64,000 nucleotides of DNA from positions 96,001-160,000 of IMG/VR virus record IMGVR_UViG_3300043754_000129; one strand, written 5' to 3'. The DNA is from a virus. Taxonomy: Duplodnaviria; Caudoviricetes. Each line of letters opens with the position of its first letter. Position 1 is the first letter of the stretch. The notes under the pieces are model-generated. The model did no database searches. It was not told the DNA's origin and worked only from the letters and a program-made list of their open reading frames with translations. This document shows, piece after piece, positions 61,114 through 64,000 of this stretch. Made by a program: the position numbers and the translations under genes.

Positions 61114-63213
61114 ATGTCAGTTACGACGTACGTCTTAAAAGGGTTCATCGAGAACAACGCCTTCCTGGACGCTACACCTGGTGCGGTGTCCACGATCGGT
61201 GAGCTCTCGACGCTGTCGAGCACGTACTCGACGACCAAGGCGGAATACTTCCAGGAAAGCATTTCGCCCGACCTTACCCTGACCACCTTTACCAGCAACG
61301 ATTCGAGCACGGGTAACGTTCAGGTCCCCCAGAACCTGGTGACCCAGATTCTCGAAATCGCTGCTTGGGTGTTCGCTCAAACTCAAGCGATCCCCAATCC
61401 TGGCAAAATTGCGGCCGCGACGATCACTGCCGGTCTCTTGGCGCAATTCGAGACCAGTGCACAGAATTTCACGTGTGGCAACATGGTCACCGACGGAACC
61501 TACTGGGTTCCCGAGTGGGTGCAGTGGGAAAACACCACCGACAGCACCTACGGCTCGATCTCGACGGGCAAGGCCAACATCATCAAGATCTGGTTTGACG
61601 ACGCCTCGTTCAAGACCGAGTACGACGGCTACCAGATCGTGGTGATCCCGCCGATCACGCCGCTGGACAACTTCTTCACGACGTCCGCGAACGTGCTGGC
61701 CCTGATTGATGGTGTCTCGTATATCGAGAACATCAACAACATCCAGGCCGCAAAGAACGGCAACCCGGAAACCGTGCTCGTGGGTGAGACCTACGATTAC
61801 GTGGATCCGACCAATCAGACGAACCTGATCCCGACGAACTGGTCGCTCCTGATCTACGGGCCGGCCGGTAACAACATCGACGCGATCCAGAACGCGCTGA
61901 TCAACTACATCCTCGCGAACAGCTCGCACACGCAAGCTGAGTGGACGAACATTCTGCCGAGTCTTTTCAAGCAGACTGAGTTCACGCTGATCCCGATGTG
62001 GGACCAGTACGCGATCCCGAACCGCAACCAGGTCACGGGCATCTACTCGCCGCAGGCTAACGCCTCGCGCGCATTGTCGATGATGAATAGCGTCGCGCAA
62101 GCCTACCCGGCCGCACACATCGCCAGCAACACGGTGGTGCAGTCGTTCCCGTACAACTGCGTGGCGCTCGTCTCGTGCGGCTCGCCGAACAACTCGGGCA
62201 ACAACTTCCAGCTGGAAGACGTGTACCTGGATCTGCTCTCGGTGCCGTCGACCAATGTGAACTTCTCGAAGATGTCGCAGGCCACGCAGACGTTCTTCCT
62301 GATGCTCGACCAGATGTTGATCGCCGCGGAATCGCTGACCGAGTACGGTAACGTGCCGGTGGGGATGTCGACGCTCATGCGTGACGGCATCTTCTATCTG
62401 GTGTCGACGCTGAACAACATCAACTACCTGATGGTCTGCAAGTCGAACTTCCCGCTCGCCAATGTGAATGGCTTCGGTTCGGACGGCGTGTGGTCTTCGG
62501 GCAGCACGGGCAGCGATGGCTCGTCGGGTTCGGGCAGTGACGGTAGCTCGGGCAGCTCCGGTAGCGGCGTGACCAATACGCTCAACCCGGATCGTCTGGG
62601 CAACAACGGCACGCTCACGAACAACAACCTCTCGCTCTCGACGTCGGGCAGCAGCTGGACGGCAGCGCAATCGCTCCTCGGGGCGAAGACGGGTCAGTTC
62701 TACGTGGAAGCCACGGTGAACAAGATCGGTGCAGGTGTGGCGCTGGGTCTGTGCAACGGCGTGGAAAGCATGAATGCGTTCATCGGCAATGATCCTTCGG
62801 GTATCGTCGCCTACGACGAAGTCATCACGTCCGTCAACAGCGGGGTGTTCACCAACGGCGCGTTTGTCTCGGCTGGCACGACGGCCACGGAAGGTCACTT
62901 CCAGATGGTCGCGGGTGACGTGATCGGGATTGCAGTGAACCTGACCGAACAACTCGTGTGGTTCTACAACGCGCAAACGGGCCTGTGGAATAACGACGTG
63001 CTGGCGAACCAGAACCCGGTCGGCAACATCGGCGGTATCAGTATCCAGTCGCTCGTGAACGCGGGCTACCAGGACATCGTCTATCTGGCTGTGGGCGTCA
63101 TGAGCGGCAACGACCAGATCACCGTGAACCTGGGCGCGACGACGTTCGCACACACGCAGCCTTCGGGTTACGCGTCGTGGGCAGACACCTCGGGCCAGGT
63201 GGTGACGAGCTAA
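61114..63213 (+). CDS. Virion structural protein with a G/S linker and C-terminal SPRY/B30.2-like domain
   Basis: GAGG RBS; GQFYVEAT...ALGL...GDVIGIAVNLTEQLVWF SPRY pattern. Confidence 0.72.
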   Translation: MSVTTYVLKGFIENNAFLDATPGAVSTIGELSTLSSTYSTTKAEYFQESISPDLTLTTFTSNDSSTGNVQVPQNLVTQILEIAAWVFAQTQAIPNPGKIAAATITAGLLAQFETSAQNFTCGNMVTDGTYWVPEWVQWENTTDSTYGSISTGKANIIKIWFDDASFKTEYDGYQIVVIPPITPLDNFFTTSANVLALIDGVSYIENINNIQAAKNGNPETVLVGETYDYVDPTNQTNLIPTNWSLLIYGPAGNNIDAIQNALINYILANSSHTQAEWTNILPSLFKQTEFTLIPMWDQYAIPNRNQVTGIYSPQANASRALSMMNSVAQAYPAAHIASNTVVQSFPYNCVALVSCGSPNNSGNNFQLEDVYLDLLSVPSTNVNFSKMSQATQTFFLMLDQMLIAAESLTEYGNVPVGMSTLMRDGIFYLVSTLNNINYLMVCKSNFPLANVNGFGSDGVWSSGSTGSDGSSGSGSDGSSGSSGSGVTNTLNPDRLGNNGTLTNNNLSLSTSGSSWTAAQSLLGAKTGQFYVEATVNKIGAGVALGLCNGVESMNAFIGNDPSGIVAYDEVITSVNSGVFTNGAFVSAGTTATEGHFQMVAGDVIGIAVNLTEQLVWFYNAQTGLWNNDVLANQNPVGNIGGISIQSLVNAGYQDIVYLAVGVMSGNDQITVNLGATTFAHTQPSGYASWADTSGQVVTS

Positions 63214-63230
63214 ACAAGGAGAAGTAACGC

Positions 63231-64000
63231 ATGGCTTCGGTCCTCAATCCGAACATTGGGGCGAAGGGTGTGTGGACGTTGAACGCACCCTTCAATGCCG
63301 CAGTGCAAGCGAATGTGTCCTACACGTGTATGGCCATTCGCAAGCTGAGCGACATCATTGCGGCGGGAGGTGATCCATTCACCACGTACTACTCGCCCAA
63401 TTCGCTTACGCAAGCGCAGTACCAAGCGGACGTGCAGGCCGGAGCCTCCATCGTTTCGCTGCAAGCCTCGGGTAGCAGCTGGCTGTATGTGCCGAATACG
63501 TACATCGCCCAGATGCCCAATCCGAACAACATCCCGTATCGCTCCATTGTGCTCGGTGCGATGCTCGGACCCCTGCCTGATAACTACGACCTGTCGTATG
63601 TGAAGTCGCAGGTGGCGCTGGCCATTAAGGATGCGGTGGGTATTGCCAATCCAGTGATCAATTCGATTGCGGTCTCCCCGCAGTTGATGATCAGTGCCAC
63701 GGAAGACACCTCACTGAAAGCGGCGCGTGCCGCAGTGGTGAGCGCAGCCGGTACGCCCACGGCGCAACTCATCGCGCTGCAAGCCAAGTACGACGCGCTG
63801 CAACAACAGATGCAAACGCTCGTCACGTGGCTGCAAGGTGAGATCGGCTCCGGTGCGATTGTGATCACCAATCCGGGCGGTGGCTCCGATGGTGGTACAG
63901 GTCCGATTACGGTCACGGTCAACTCGACCTTCAACCCGGCAACGCTGCCAGGTGGCCTGGAGTTGGCGAACACCAACATGAAGGTGATTGCGACCGCCAA
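63231..64000 (+). CDS. Virion structural protein, 5' part (runs off the window)
   Basis: AAGGAG RBS; MASVLNPNIGAKGVW..., open to the window end and therefore absent from the ORF track. Confidence 0.75.
   Translation, partial: MASVLNPNIGAKGVWTLNAPFNAAVQANVSYTCMAIRKLSDIIAAGGDPFTTYYSPNSLTQAQYQADVQAGASIVSLQASGSSWLYVPNTYIAQMPNPNNIPYRSIVLGAMLGPLPDNYDLSYVKSQVALAIKDAVGIANPVINSIAVSPQLMISATEDTSLKAARAAVVSAAGTPTAQLIALQAKYDALQQQMQTLVTWLQGEIGSGAIVITNPGGGSDGGTGPITVTVNSTFNPATLPGGLELANTNMKVIATA

Noticed and set aside
1-64000. CRISPR array, integrase/transposase, retron/DGR or stop-codon recoding
   Set aside because: No regularly spaced repeats, no recombinase or RT motifs, and core genes read through intact with the standard code.

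Overview
This window is a gene-dense segment of a high-GC, phiKZ-like jumbo phage (Chimalliviridae-type) genome. It carries a PhuZ tubulin, large terminase, tail sheath and tube, a gp175-like head protease, three virion RNA polymerase subunits (gp178-, gp180- and gp149-like), a 2546-aa tape-measure protein with a GH19 muramidase domain, UvsX, RNase H, a probable spanin pair and baseplate/tail proteins. Gene order follows the phiKZ-like structural block as I recall it. A betaproteobacterial (Burkholderiales-like) host is inferred only from GC content and the resemblance of the phage acyl carrier protein. The least explained part is the first 2.8 kb. There, two long ORF-poor, helix-rich tracts (about 1-805 and 2130-2780) share an 18/19-nt core closed by different but complementary outer stems. 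They flank a mini terminase-like ATPase, an acyl carrier protein and a histidine phosphatase, just downstream of phuZ. Other notable items are a NADAR-fold protein (candidate anti-DarT), an Rnl5-type RNA ligase, a family of CATA...TATG-footed hairpins, a polypurine-tract divergent intergenic region and Lys-poor outer virion proteins. All family calls come from motif recognition by eye; no database search was run.
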